A stretch of DNA of 64,000 nt, from assembly GCF_000150275.1 (NCBI RefSeq), contig NW_002060955.1, positions 1,804,126 through 1,868,125 on the forward strand, given 5' to 3'. Below are positions 27,801 to 39,500 of the stretch, piece by piece. Within the stretch, counting starts at the first letter, position 1, and the number at the start of each line of letters is the position of its first letter. Origin of the DNA: Trichoplax adhaerens (Eukaryota > Animalia > Placozoa). The translations under genes and the position numbers were made by a program. The notes under the pieces were generated by a model. The model saw nothing but the letters and a program-made list of their open reading frames with translations. It was not told the origin of the DNA and ran no database searches.

Positions 27801-30800
27801 GGAAAATTAGCTCTATGTAATGAGAGAGTGTAATATTGTATTCTAATTTTATGATATATTTAGTACTGTCTACGTAGTTATTGTGTTCAACATGTGATAG
27901 ATATTCCGTTAGAGGCTTAAGTATTTGAGATGTTAATACGGAAGTGTGTAGCAAGTAAGGTGCTAAGATTGTTGACGCGGAAAAGTTTATAAGTGAATAG
28001 TTTAGCACGGTAAAATAGTTCTTTCTCGTTAGAAGTCCTCAGTTGATTGATTACGTTATATTTTGGTAAACGAGATTTTGTTCAATAAATCTTAATTTTC
28101 TAAAGTCTTGAAGATTCTTTATCTATCAAGCTCACACTCTGCTAATTAAAAAGTAGCGGTGGCTAATTATAGTTATAAAAGTAAATTTGATAAACTACAT
28201 TGGTAGATTGTGCGATAAGCTTTTGATACTATAAATATAATACTACACTATTACTGTCAATATAAAAGAATTCTGTAAAAGAATTCTATAAAATTTCAAT
28301 CTTACAGTGTACGAAGTTTGGTCAAGTTACGGAATGAATTTGGCTCAATTTCTTCGATAGCATTAGCTTCAAGAAATCTAAAATATTAAATAATGGTATT
28401 GTTATTTACTAAGTACTTGTATAAGCTCATTCAAGTTGAAATAGATTTTTTCGTTGCTAATGGTCAGAATATTTCGGTATATCAATGATCGCAGCTATTC
28501 AGGATGAGTATGAAAATATCACTGCGCTTTTTCTTCTATATTAACTTATTTTATACTTACAAGCCAATTAATGATATCAAACAATCCAAACTATCATTTT
28601 TAATCACTTTCAAACGATTGCCTTTCAAATTTCTAAATAGTAAATTTCATATGTGCCAAAAAGAAAAATATTACTTCTAATCTTAGATAGTTTCATAATT
28701 AACTTACAATGTCTGTATTGACTCAATCGTAATTAAAGAAATTTATTAATTGTTCTTTAGCTACGATGTATGATAACTCTGATGATTAACTTATTTTTAC
28801 ATATTAATACGTACAGACGAGTAAGTGACTGCAAACCACATAAGGAATTGGGTTCAATAACCGAAATGGCATTATGCCTAATTCGCCTGAGATGTTGATG
28901 AAAGAATGATAGTTCTAGATTAGTTGGTGAGAACACTGCCATTGCAATGTATTACATTAAAAATGAAATAAATATAATAGCTACTGATTGTGCCACATTG
29001 AATATTTGATTATAATTGTAAATCAGAAATAAGATTTTGAAATTAAAAAAAACACTACTTATACTGTACATTACAATGCGGTCTTAAAATGATTTACTGG
29101 GAATGAAATTCTACTGGATGATAGCAGCCAAAATTTAGAGCGAGCTAACGCACATAGATATATTATCAGATAGAATATCATCTATCGCAGACTTACAAAT
29201 ACTTCAAATTCGATAAACAACCGAAATTGTCTTTAGACAGGGTTTTAATTCGATTATTATCCAAAAATCTAGTCAAAATTCAGATAAGATTTAAAAGTGG
29301 GATCAAAATGCTAATATATGCTAATACAGCTAATGCAATTTCCCTCCGATGATACTGTTAACAGAGTATGTCCGTGTATTGCACTTACAAGTACTGCAGA
29401 TTTTGCAATGTACATAATGCTTTTGATTGGATGTCGATTAGAGCGTTCGAATCAAGTTTCCTACAAAAATTGGATATACAGATATTAACCATTACGTTTA
29501 CTAGCTAACGCTACAATTGTAATGATCATGTATAGTCAAGGAAGCAAATAAGGCAGCTAGGACTTGGATTTTTAATGTAGTTATTGGAAAATGATTTATG
29601 ACTTTTAGTGAAATTTCACTATGGGGCACAGAGGATTATGTAGCAACCGCTTGAAAAATAATTTCAAAGGGTTCTTTTTTAACTTTTGCAGTGTAATCTT
29701 AAATTATTACTATCAATATTATAAGAATACATAGATAGCAAAACGAATCATTTCACCGAGAATGCATTACTAGGACAATATAAGCCTTATACTGTATAAA
29801 AGGAGTGTAAGACTTCAAATTTGAGCTTAGGTGCGGGGTTATTCTGATTTGAAAGGCATAACTTACAGTGATTTTAGGTTGGTTAAGCAATTAAATGATC
29901 CATTTGTAATGAATTGCAGTCGATTAGCTTCTAAAGACCTTAAAAATGTATAAAACAGTATGCTGGATACATCTCGACATTCTTTAAGTAATACGAGTAT
30001 ACTCGTAGACAAAATAAATTTTGAAAACTTACAAATTGGCTAGCCGTGGCAAGCCACAGAATGCATCTGGTTCAATGGTCTCAATCAAGCTGCTGGTAAT
30101 ATTCCTATATTAAGTAATCATAGATGTTGGGTATCATTATCTAGAGATACTATTAACAACTGCTTTAAAGGTTCTTATTGCTTTTCACATGCATAGCGGA
30201 CAGAAAATTTAGCAGTAGTAAGAGTTATTGTAAAATTAACTATTAACTGCTAGTCCATTATTGATTGCAAGGACGACTTACGAGCGTCGTTCACTCTTGT
30301 AATGATTACAAATTACAAAGTTGTAGCATACACAGTAGATTATTTAATGTTTACTCGGTGCAATTAACAATTTTTTATGTAGAATTAAGAAGTACAAATT
30401 AGCAAATGTAAACATCTGTGCTTACTATACATTACATAATATTTATACAAAATTATAGTATTAATCTTTGCAGCATACAGCAACTGTAGGTAATTAGTCA
30501 CCGTTGCTAAGTAATTTGTAACGATAACAAGTTTTAAACATGAAAACGTAAAAAGCAAACTGTAACAATGGTAAGTTTATGGCTTCCAAATTCTCATTAG
30601 ATGAATGGAATTAACCCACTACATTATATGTCATAACATCACAATTACCGTCAGGAAAAATAGAATTAGATTATATTAATGTATAGTGATATTAGATATC
30701 TTGCGTTAAGATACTATAATATTTGATATCTTGTGTTAAAATATTGCGATAATTCATATTTTGCGTTAAGGTTTAGTGATAATAGATAGTTCGTCTTAAG

Positions 30801-32889
30801 ATATTGTCATATTGGATATTGTAGATATTTTAATACAATCTATTTGTAAGTTTTAAAAAGTATATCAGCATATTATAAACAGGCAAAAGGAGAAGTAAAC
30901 AAATTAATTCTCATCTACGTGTCTTGTATTACTGTGTTCTTGTAAACTTTGCTAAGGTAGACGATTAGGAATTATCTACAAATTATAATAGAGTTATTTG
31001 AGTTAAAGTGCCTAATGTTAAACTCATACTGATCGTGTAGAAAATGGCTATACATTATTGGCAGAACAGCAGTGAAAGTCTACATGGTAGAAGAAAATTT
31101 TTGTATTGCAATTGAGGTCGTGACTTCACGGTAGTCTGAAGGTAATGTCAGGTAATTTTTGATAGCCTTGTGTTGTGGAGTGACTTTTACTTACTATTTG
31201 CTTATCTTATTATCCTGACGTTGGTCAAGTTAGATTGGAAGACTTGGAGATTAAATAAAGGTAACTTATTTAGTAATTCTAGATTGTATGTCAGGGAATT
31301 ACGACAAGACAGATTACCCGATATAATCTCCCTCTCCCAAGGTAGTGGGAAATACTAAGAGTGTAATATGGCGCATGGCACTAGTATTATCTAAGTAAGC
31401 GCTCATTACTAATGCTTACATAAACTGACTGTAAATTAAGTGATTTTTCAATAAAGTTAAGGTTTAGTTTTATTCAGAAAGACCAGTAGTGCGACTGTTC
31501 CTCCTGCCGACTGGAGATTGTCAGTATCTAGAGTGGCACTGCAGGCTCGCGGTTGTAGTTTTCTGCAATAGCTTAACTTTCCTCACGTTACAAATTTAGA
31601 CTTACAGTGCATTGGTATTTATTTGTATTTAGTTGTAATAGCTGTCTATTCGTACAAATATTCATTGGTTTAAACTAGTATAGGATAATCAGCGAGGAAT
31701 TTTCCTATCTATAAATTCGTCATTTGAAGTATACATTATTTATTGCTCGAAAGCTTTTGATCCAGCTGGATAGTCAATAGTGAGTTCTGGAAATAATATT
31801 GCTCTATGTGGTAAGTTTATCAACTCAAATATAATAAAATCTCATCTTAGGAAGGCATACCATGTACCATCAGTATGTGATTACTAAATTATCCTCTCAT
31901 GAATTTTTAGGCCTTACAGCAGTAGGAATGCAATATTCTTGCTAGATTTTATTGCAGATTAGTGTAGTACAGTCATCTATTTGACCAGCTAAAGTCTAGT
32001 TAACTTGCTAGAAGGCGATCGGTGATATATATGGCATTGATTACTTCCAATAAAGTCATAAAATGCTACCGTATCTTTAAGTACGTAATAATGTTTTATA
32101 GAAGGCAGAATAAGCAAAATCCTCTAAAAATAAGATGAAAACAGTATAATAAGGTGAATACTTACAGGATGACTAGTTCTGGATAGTTTATAAAGCTTCT
32201 TGCTTTAATCTTTCTAATGCTGGTGTTGTTGATTATCCTATAAAATTAAAATTAAGCATCAGTTATCGTCTATAAATCAGTAGTGCAGTCATTTATCATA
32301 ACAATGTATTGAGACTATGATGAGATATAATTGCGACAAGAAATACTAAAGTGAATATAAATTCTTCGTTTAATAGTACCCCTGGCTTTAATTACAGATA
32401 TTTTGGTAGGTATTCTACTGTGACTATTACTAGATAATTTAAGTTTGAGTGCTAAATGATATCGTTTACTGCCTAGTACGCTTCGATTATTGTGCAATAA
32501 CCGTGCGTTATCAATAGAAGCGATCTTAAACACAAGTATATAAATAACAAACATTGAAATTTTCTATTGTTACAATGTCTACTAACAGTGATTGCACATT
32601 TTCAATGCCAGTGAAGTTAATGTTGGGCAATTCGATTAAGTCACTGCTAGAACAGTTTATAAACGAAATGTTGCACTTGCAGATACTTGGACAACCTTTG
32701 CTGATTTCTGTTAGAGGTAGTAGCAATATATCACTTTATATCATGAAGAAATTAATAAGGGAAGGCTGGCTCTTTGATATTAACGTTAACTGCACCTGCA
32801 ATTCCACCGCTATAAGCTGTTAGAAGCCAAATTATTGCTATAAAATGATTGTAAAGGATCCAATGCTCTAAATTGCGCTTGCTTTTCAT
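8706..32889 (-). CDS. LGR-A: giant leucine-rich-repeat GPCR (signal peptide, LRRNT, 49 single-repeat exons, RXFP/GRL101-like 7TM), ~1,620 aa, 52 exons
   Basis: Exons: 32889-32796 (signal peptide), 32707-32587 (GCPSICKCN..NCS LRRNT), then AG/GT-bounded phase-2 exons 32237-32166, 30104-30033, 29938-29867, 29460-29389, 29268-29197, 28886-28815, 28632-28561, 28377-28306, 27725-27654, 27405-27334, 27233-27162, 26755-26684, 26196-26125, 25683-25612, 25073-25002, 24829-24758, 24293-24222, 23959-23888, 23409-23341, 23227-23156, 22940-22869, 22611-22540, 22377-22306, 21990-21919, 21821-21750, 21016-20945, 20790-20719, 20541-20464, 20175-20113, 19962-19891, 18622-18551, 18361-18296, 17727-17656, 16856-16788, 16696-16625, 16539-16468, 16344-16273, 16188-16120, 15907-15842, 15696-15625, 15524-15441, 15255-15190, 14945-14865, 11942-11874, 11698-11621, 11076-11005, 10805-10725, 10620-10549, 9999-9928, and the 7TM exon 9816-8706. 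Nearly all read xLxxNxIxxIxxxxFxxLxxLxxL; all are stop-free and multiples of 3 in length. Confidence 0.9.
23769..23811 (+). repeat. Short terminal fragment of the family-C LTR in an LGR-A intron
   Basis: TGTAATGTAACATAGTATTGTGATTGTAGACTGTTAGCCATGT matches the first ~43 bp of the elements at 56864 and 61888. Confidence 0.7.
30682..30830. repeat. Degenerate ~30-bp minisatellite, ~5 copies, intronic
   Basis: Unit approx. TATAGTGATATTAGATATCTTGCGTTAAGA repeated with substitutions. Confidence 0.7.
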
Positions 32890-33254
32890 GGCTACCAAGT
32901 AATAAACTTGTAGTTAATTTTTAAAATATCAATTAAAACCACAACAGTAATCGCTATGGTTTATATTAAGAGTTGAAAAGTTTAGGCTAACTGTTTGACC
33001 TTAGTTTTTACAAGAAAGCTAAGAAAATTTTTATTATGATGCTGAAGTTGACAAATAAAATTTTAAGCAATTCTATAGTGATGCACCCCTTATTTGATTA
33101 TAAGGATAGCTATATTTGATATAGTCAGGTTACTAAGAATAGATATTATCTTGAGGCTTATATTAGATGATTGATAACTACTTGTCATTCACAGGAGTAA
33201 CTCCACTGTCTACTCTCTTCTAATGTGGGTGATCAACTAACTTACTAGCTACTT

Positions 33255-33571
33255 AGTCAATATTGTTGTTTGCATTAGGGAGCAATAGCTAAAATTAATG
33301 TCTAATTCAGTGAATGAATCCAAAGTTAGTCGTACTAACTATCACTCTTGAACTATTGAGGGAGAGTATATAAACGTAATATATCGTATAATAAAGTTAA
33401 TTCTTAAACTTAGTTTTTAGCGTAAAATACGAGGCATCTAAGTCTTTGTGTAGTCTGCTAGTAGAGCAAAAGTGTTCCTGATAGTGCAGATATCGTTTCT
33501 TGATACGTGGTTCAAGGAATTGACTCATTGATCGCACATTACATTATCGTGTTGCAAGCTGTTTTGTGACA
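33255..33571 (+). mobile_element. 5'-truncated solo LTR, family A
   Basis: Aligns with the 3' half of 35518-36148 and 38290-38917, ending GCAAGCTGTTTTGTGACA. Contains TATATAAA followed by AATAAA. Confidence 0.75.
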
Positions 33572-34824
33572 GGTAACTAATCAAATTGACAAGAAAAGAA
33601 GAACTTGAGCAACTTACCGTTAGCCTTGTAGCTCTTACTTTGCTAAGTCTAATATTTCTGGTACTAGCAATTTTTACCGCCGATTTATCTTGCATGCAAT
33701 ACAAAAGTGTTGATAGTACAGGCTACGGTAAATTGTATACCCATACAATGAAATCTAAGTAAGAATAGCGTTGATAAAGTAAATTGTAGAAAAAGCTGTT
33801 TGATTTGCATTATAATGCATAAAAAAGTATATTATTTCTATTCTTATTTATAAGTAATTTCGTTATTACTAAGGGAACTTTACAATACCACTAGCAACTC
33901 GATTCTCAACAGTATCAAAGACAATTACTGTCTACCTACCGTATGTACATAAACTACCTAACAGTTAAGTAAAAATGATTATTAATCGGCGAAACCTGTT
34001 ACGTGCCAATTAAAAATACGGAAGTGAAACCTGTTACGGGTCCGTCAATGGACCAACACCGATATACAATTTAACACTGTAACGATTAATTATAATTGAA
34101 TATTAAGTTTTATCGTTTGTCCTAAGTATAACATTGTCAATGTCTATAAAACTATTCAATCTATTATTCAAGTTCCAGTGAACTAATCAATTATTGAGAC
34201 GTTGTTCTACAGAAAGAAATCGTAACAATTAGTTATCTTCTTGACCAACATTAATTTACTATTATCGCGGACATCTAGATCTCAATCGAGATCTTGAAGT
34301 CCAGGCCACAACACCCATTACCTTGCACATACGGCGAAAATGTAAAATACATCGATCTATTGTAGAAGGAAACCTTATTGTTCTATTTTTTTCTTCCCGG
34401 AAGTTATAATTATTTAAGCTTGTGCATAGAATTTGATAGAAAATATCCTTAATAACTTTGATTGTTAAAGTAAACAACAGACAGCATAGGGTCAAATTTG
34501 ACGATATTATTCAACGGAAGTACAATATGGTAATTCATAAAAGTATCAGTTAGAAAATAAAGTTATCGAACGAGCAGGCGCTTTAATAAACTGTTTATTC
34601 TTAATATTGTGATGTCAATTTATTGATTGATTTTATGATTAGCAAGAGATTCGTTTTACAGTTACACTATTGTCTAGTACAGTTATTGTAAAGATATGAT
34701 TGACGTTATTATGGTGTATTATTTGTACCAATATTCCATGTATTTACAGCCATTCAAGTAGGTGCTAGTATCTTACTTACTGTTCAGCAATTAAGGAATG
34801 GCCTATGAGATTACCCATTGGATG

Positions 34825-35460
34825 ATTAAAATGGAGATAAAAACAACTCCTAATGGAATTTGTAATAGTCCAAATTCTAGATTTCTAGAAATTCATTTTC
34901 AATCTGACTGAACAACTGTAGAATAATTCAAGAAATAGATTAAATCAGTCTAAATGAGTCTTATTGTCAAAGATAATGTAATATAACTGTAAGAATCTGA
35001 TAATAAAATTAGACATTAACTACAGTTTATAGATTTACCGGCTTTATTGATTTAGGCTTAAAAGCAACTCTTATTGACTTATGGTTGTATTGCAGTAAAA
35101 TAAAATTGAATAAGAAACTGGGAATGACCTTCTATGAATTGTTGACTGAATTTTTAAAATGAAGACAAAAAACAGCTACTTATGGAATATGTGACAGTCC
35201 ATTTCTTACAATTTTAGAAATTCATTTTCAATCCTACGAAACAATTGTGGTATAATTGAAGACATAGATTAAATCCGTCCAAATCAGCCTTTCAAAGACA
35301 ATATAATTGACAACTGTTAGAACCAGATGATAAAATGAGGCATTAATTGCAATTTACGGATTAAGCGGCTGAATTAAATTAGGCGTAAAAATCAACTGTT
35401 AATAACTAATGTTTGTATTGTAGAAAACTAAAGATTGTACCATAAATTGGAAATGAAATG
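34825..35460. repeat. Two-copy degenerate tandem duplication, ~330-bp unit
   Basis: TTAAAATG.AGA.AAAAACA..T..TA.GGAAT.TGT.A.AGTCC...TAGAAATTCATTTTCAATC...ATAGATTAAATC.GTC.AAAT occurs at ~34825 and again at ~35155. Confidence 0.75.
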
Positions 35461-35517
35461 ATCTAAAGTCGACTTAAATTAAAGAGCTATTCATCTCGTC
35501 GCTTATAACTAATTCAG
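35059..35517 (+). repeat. Left arm of a near-identical inverted duplication (partner 63542-64000)
   Basis: Reverse complement of 63542-64000 matches with only about 3-4 differences seen by eye. Homology stops exactly at the LTR start (35518). Confidence 0.92.
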
Positions 35518-36148
35518 TGTTACAGTGTTAAATACTGTATTACAGTAGAAATAACTATGTTAGGATAATTCTATTAGACTATCCTTATTTAGTTAACTTC
35601 TAATTTGGATATACTGTATTTTAATATAGCACTGACTTTTTATGACAGTGACACTTATACACATACTGAAATTAATAGTTCTAATAGGGAATGCAAATCA
35701 TCTGCTTACAGTTCGAATCATTGTGATTGTAATTTACTTATAGTAGACTGTAAATTATCATGGAAATGTTCCGTGATAGGACATATCGTAATCTGACTAT
35801 TCTGTATTAGTCATTATATGTCTATGTTCGTAAATACTGTTGTCTGCATTAAGGGAGCAGTAGCTAAAATTAATATCTAATTCAGTAAATGATTCTAATG
35901 TTAATTGTATTAACTATGACTCATGAACTATTGAGGAATAGTATATAAATGCAGTATATCGTGAAATAAAGAAGAGATGTCCAACTTAGTGTTTAACGTA
36001 AAATACGAGGCGTTTAAGTCTTTGTGTAGTCTGCTAGTAGAGCAAAAGTATTTGTGATAGTGCAGATATCGTTCCTTGATATGTGGTTCAAGGAATTGAC
36101 TTATTGATCGTATATTGCGTTATCTTGTTGCAAAGCTGTTTTGTGACA
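35518..36148 (+). mobile_element. Solo LTR, family A, without matching target-site duplication
   Basis: TGTTACA...TGTGACA termini, TATATAAA (35942) then AATAAA, high similarity to 38290-38917. Flanks TTCAG / AACTC do not match. Confidence 0.8.
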
Positions 36149-36598
36149 AACTCGTAAGATAGATCACTTTGGAAGTCTTCTGATTTCACTGCCCATTTTA
36201 TTCGATGTAATAAGCCTTTTGAAGACTACAAGTTATAAGCGTTTTTTAGCTACGAATTTTATTACTTATCAATCATTTCATCTCGGACTTGGCTATATTT
36301 GACATTACTGCAGATATTAGCATTACTACACCAGATTAAGCTGTCTGTATATCTAGAAGATACAACAAATAATTTAATTGTAATTTACAAATAATCATTT
36401 AACCTATTCGCCCAGTTTACACGCTTAAGGCCACCTGTATAAATACAGTTACTATAGGAGCATTTATCCTTATTTCAACCATACATCCGATATTTCTCGT
36501 CATTATTACAATTCGCATGTTCTTCAAATATAGCATTAAATGAATTTTGTATCATAGATCATCCTATTGACCCTAATAGCTTAGCTTTCTTCACATAG

Positions 36599-39500
36599 GA
36601 TAATCAACAACACAAGCATTAGGAGAATTAGAGCAAGAAGCTTTATTTATTATCCAGAATTAGTCGTTTTGTAAGTATACACATACTTCATAGTTTCGTA
36701 ACCTTATCGCCAAGTTTTAAGATAGAAGGAGGTTTTAGACTACTATAGCCTTCTTTACTCATACCGTTGCATCGTAAAGAGGCCAAGAGAATTCATTAGT
36801 ATCTTGTAAGTTTATTAGAAGCACACAGAGTAGTTTGCGTCACGGATTAGTTCCTAAAGAATCAGCTAGGCAGCAATAGGTCTGCTTAAGATGCTGTCAT
36901 AAATGATTATTTTTTAAATTAATCAACAATGTTAAACTGTAAGAACATATTCTTCTTTGTAAAAGGGCAGAATTCTATTCTTCAAACCTTGATATAAGAT
37001 ACGAAAATGTTTTTGAATGGAATTGCTTGAATCGTTTATTTACGTCAATATGCATTCAGTCAAAACGTTAAATGAGCATTTCATGGCAGTTTATGCCAAA
37101 ATCATTTAGAAGTTCGTGCTCATTACTCACAATCGAAACCTAATCTTAAATATGACAGTGTATTTATTTTTTAACTTAACAAACACAAGGCAATAATTAT
37201 ATGAAGTTACGTCCTCACCAACAATTTCTATTTTCAAGTTTACTCATTTAAATTGATGAATGCAGGTCCAAAAAGAGACGATTTCATAATAATTATCAAA
37301 TTAATCAATACTAATTTGGCTAGATGACTCACACAATCAATATCTAGTACACTTAGTAGCATATTAGATCTATCGATATTATTTATTTCGAAAAAATAAT
37401 CCTATCTTATTTACAAACACTATCATAAGTCTTACTGCTCTGTGACGTATTGGATCTTAAATAACATGAATGATCTCTACATTTCGAATATTATATCCTT
37501 ATGTGACCGATACATGTCCATATTAATACCTATATTAGTAAGTACCATGCAATGATTTACCACCAATTTCAGCGCTAGCCAATACGTGTAAAATGACTTA
37601 TCTCACAAATAGAGTAGTACCGGTATTTCAACTGCAAGGTAAATCTATTTTAATAGAATCTTTCTCTGATCTAGTCAGCGGGATTGAATTTATTGATTGG
37701 TCGTAGGATATTATTTTAGTGCAAATAATAGCAAAGAATACCAGTAACTCGCCTTTATAACAGTACGGTAACATATATCGGAGTAAAGATTTTATCACCG
37801 GTTTAAATAATCAAAACTCGAGTCGCAACATCTATAGTAAATATATATTATACTGACAATAAATAATAGATGAATGCAAATCTTGAATCATAGAAGCAGA
37901 AAGGCATAGATGTAATGAATTATTTATTTTCATTATCAAATTATAGAATTATAGATTACAATTCAAGAATTATACTTTATTTCTGCTACTTACATAACAG
38001 ATATTAAGCAAATAAAGTCTTACAATGCCACCCTTAACTTTAATTGCGTCTCAGGAACATTACTAGTAGCCTAATTGAAGTCATTGAAACTGATGCATTC
38101 TGTGGATTATCACATCTAACCAATTTGTAAGGTTTTCGATTTTTGGGGTTACTAATGAAAAACGGTAACAATAACTGCTATTATACATCATGTTCTTTAT
38201 CAAAAGGTCTTTAGAAGCTAACCGATTGCAAGTTATTGAAAGTGGACCTTTTGATTTCCTAAAAAGTCTAAAGCAACTGTAAGTCACTCTGTGACAGTGT
38301 TATATACTGTATTGGAGTAGAAATATCTATGTTAGGATAATTCTGTTAGCCTATCCTTATTTAGTTAACTTCTAATTTAGATATACTGTGTTTTAATATA
38401 GCTCTGACTTTTTATGACAGAGACACATATACAAATACAGCATTAATAGTTATAATAGGAAATGCAAATCATCTGCTTATAGTTCGAATCATTGTGATTG
38501 TAACTTACTTATGGTAGATTGTACATTATCGTGGAAATGTTCCGTGATAGGACATATCGTAATCTGACTATTCTGTATTAGTCATCAGATGTCTATGTTC
38601 GTAAATATCGTTGTCTGTATTAAGGGAGCAGTAGCTATAATTAATATCTAATTCAGTAAATGATTCCAAAGTTAATCGTACTAACTATGACTCATGGACT
38701 ATTGAGGAATAGTATATAAATGCAGTATATCGTGCAATAAAGTGAATTCTCAAACTTAGAGTTTAACGTAAAATACAAGGTGTCTATGTCTTTGTGTAGT
38801 TTGCTAGTAGAGCAAGAGTGTTTGTAATAGTGCAGATATCGTTCCTTGATACGTGGTTCAAGGAATTGACTTATTGATCGTACATTACGTTATCTTGTTG
38901 CAAGCTGTTTTGTGACCCACTTCATTAATTTTACAAAGCTCGTTCTATTCCTATATCTACGGGATTATATATGATTGTAATGTCAGAATAGCAGAATCTC
39001 AAAAATTATATTCGACGAACATGTACGAGTTATTAAATAATTTATTTCAATAATTTAAATTTGCATTATAAATACAATAAAAATTTTATTTGAAAACTAA
39101 AGAACTTTCATGATTTAATTGAAACCTAGTTAGGGAATATTTTTCTAACATTATTTATCAGTGTTTTAAAATAAATTCAATCTTTTCGTATCCTAGAGAA
39201 AATTTGATAACAATATGTCGTCTATCGCCGATTATTACAGCAAAATCCCAATCGGATTGATTTGCTTCTAATCGGTCGATATAGTATTCATAATTGCGCA
39301 ATTTGCTATAAAACTGCTAAATGCACAACAGATAAAGTATATTAATCTCATAATCAAAATAAACTTAAAAATAGGGAAACTCTTGTAGCCTCTATCTTGG
39401 TCTAAGCTCGTTGTCACAAACCAGCTTCGTGACAAGGATAACGTGAAACAAATCTCTAAATTACTATAGTCTCCGGGATTCAGTATCCCTTAACTATCTC

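Noticed and set aside
31060-31570. GC-richer intronic segment with ORF 31170-31358
   Set aside because: No termini, repeats or protein motifs that I could identify.
31606-31674. 69-bp AG/GT-bounded candidate extra exon of LGR-A
   Set aside because: In-frame stops in the required phase, no LRR pattern and no counterpart in LGR-B.
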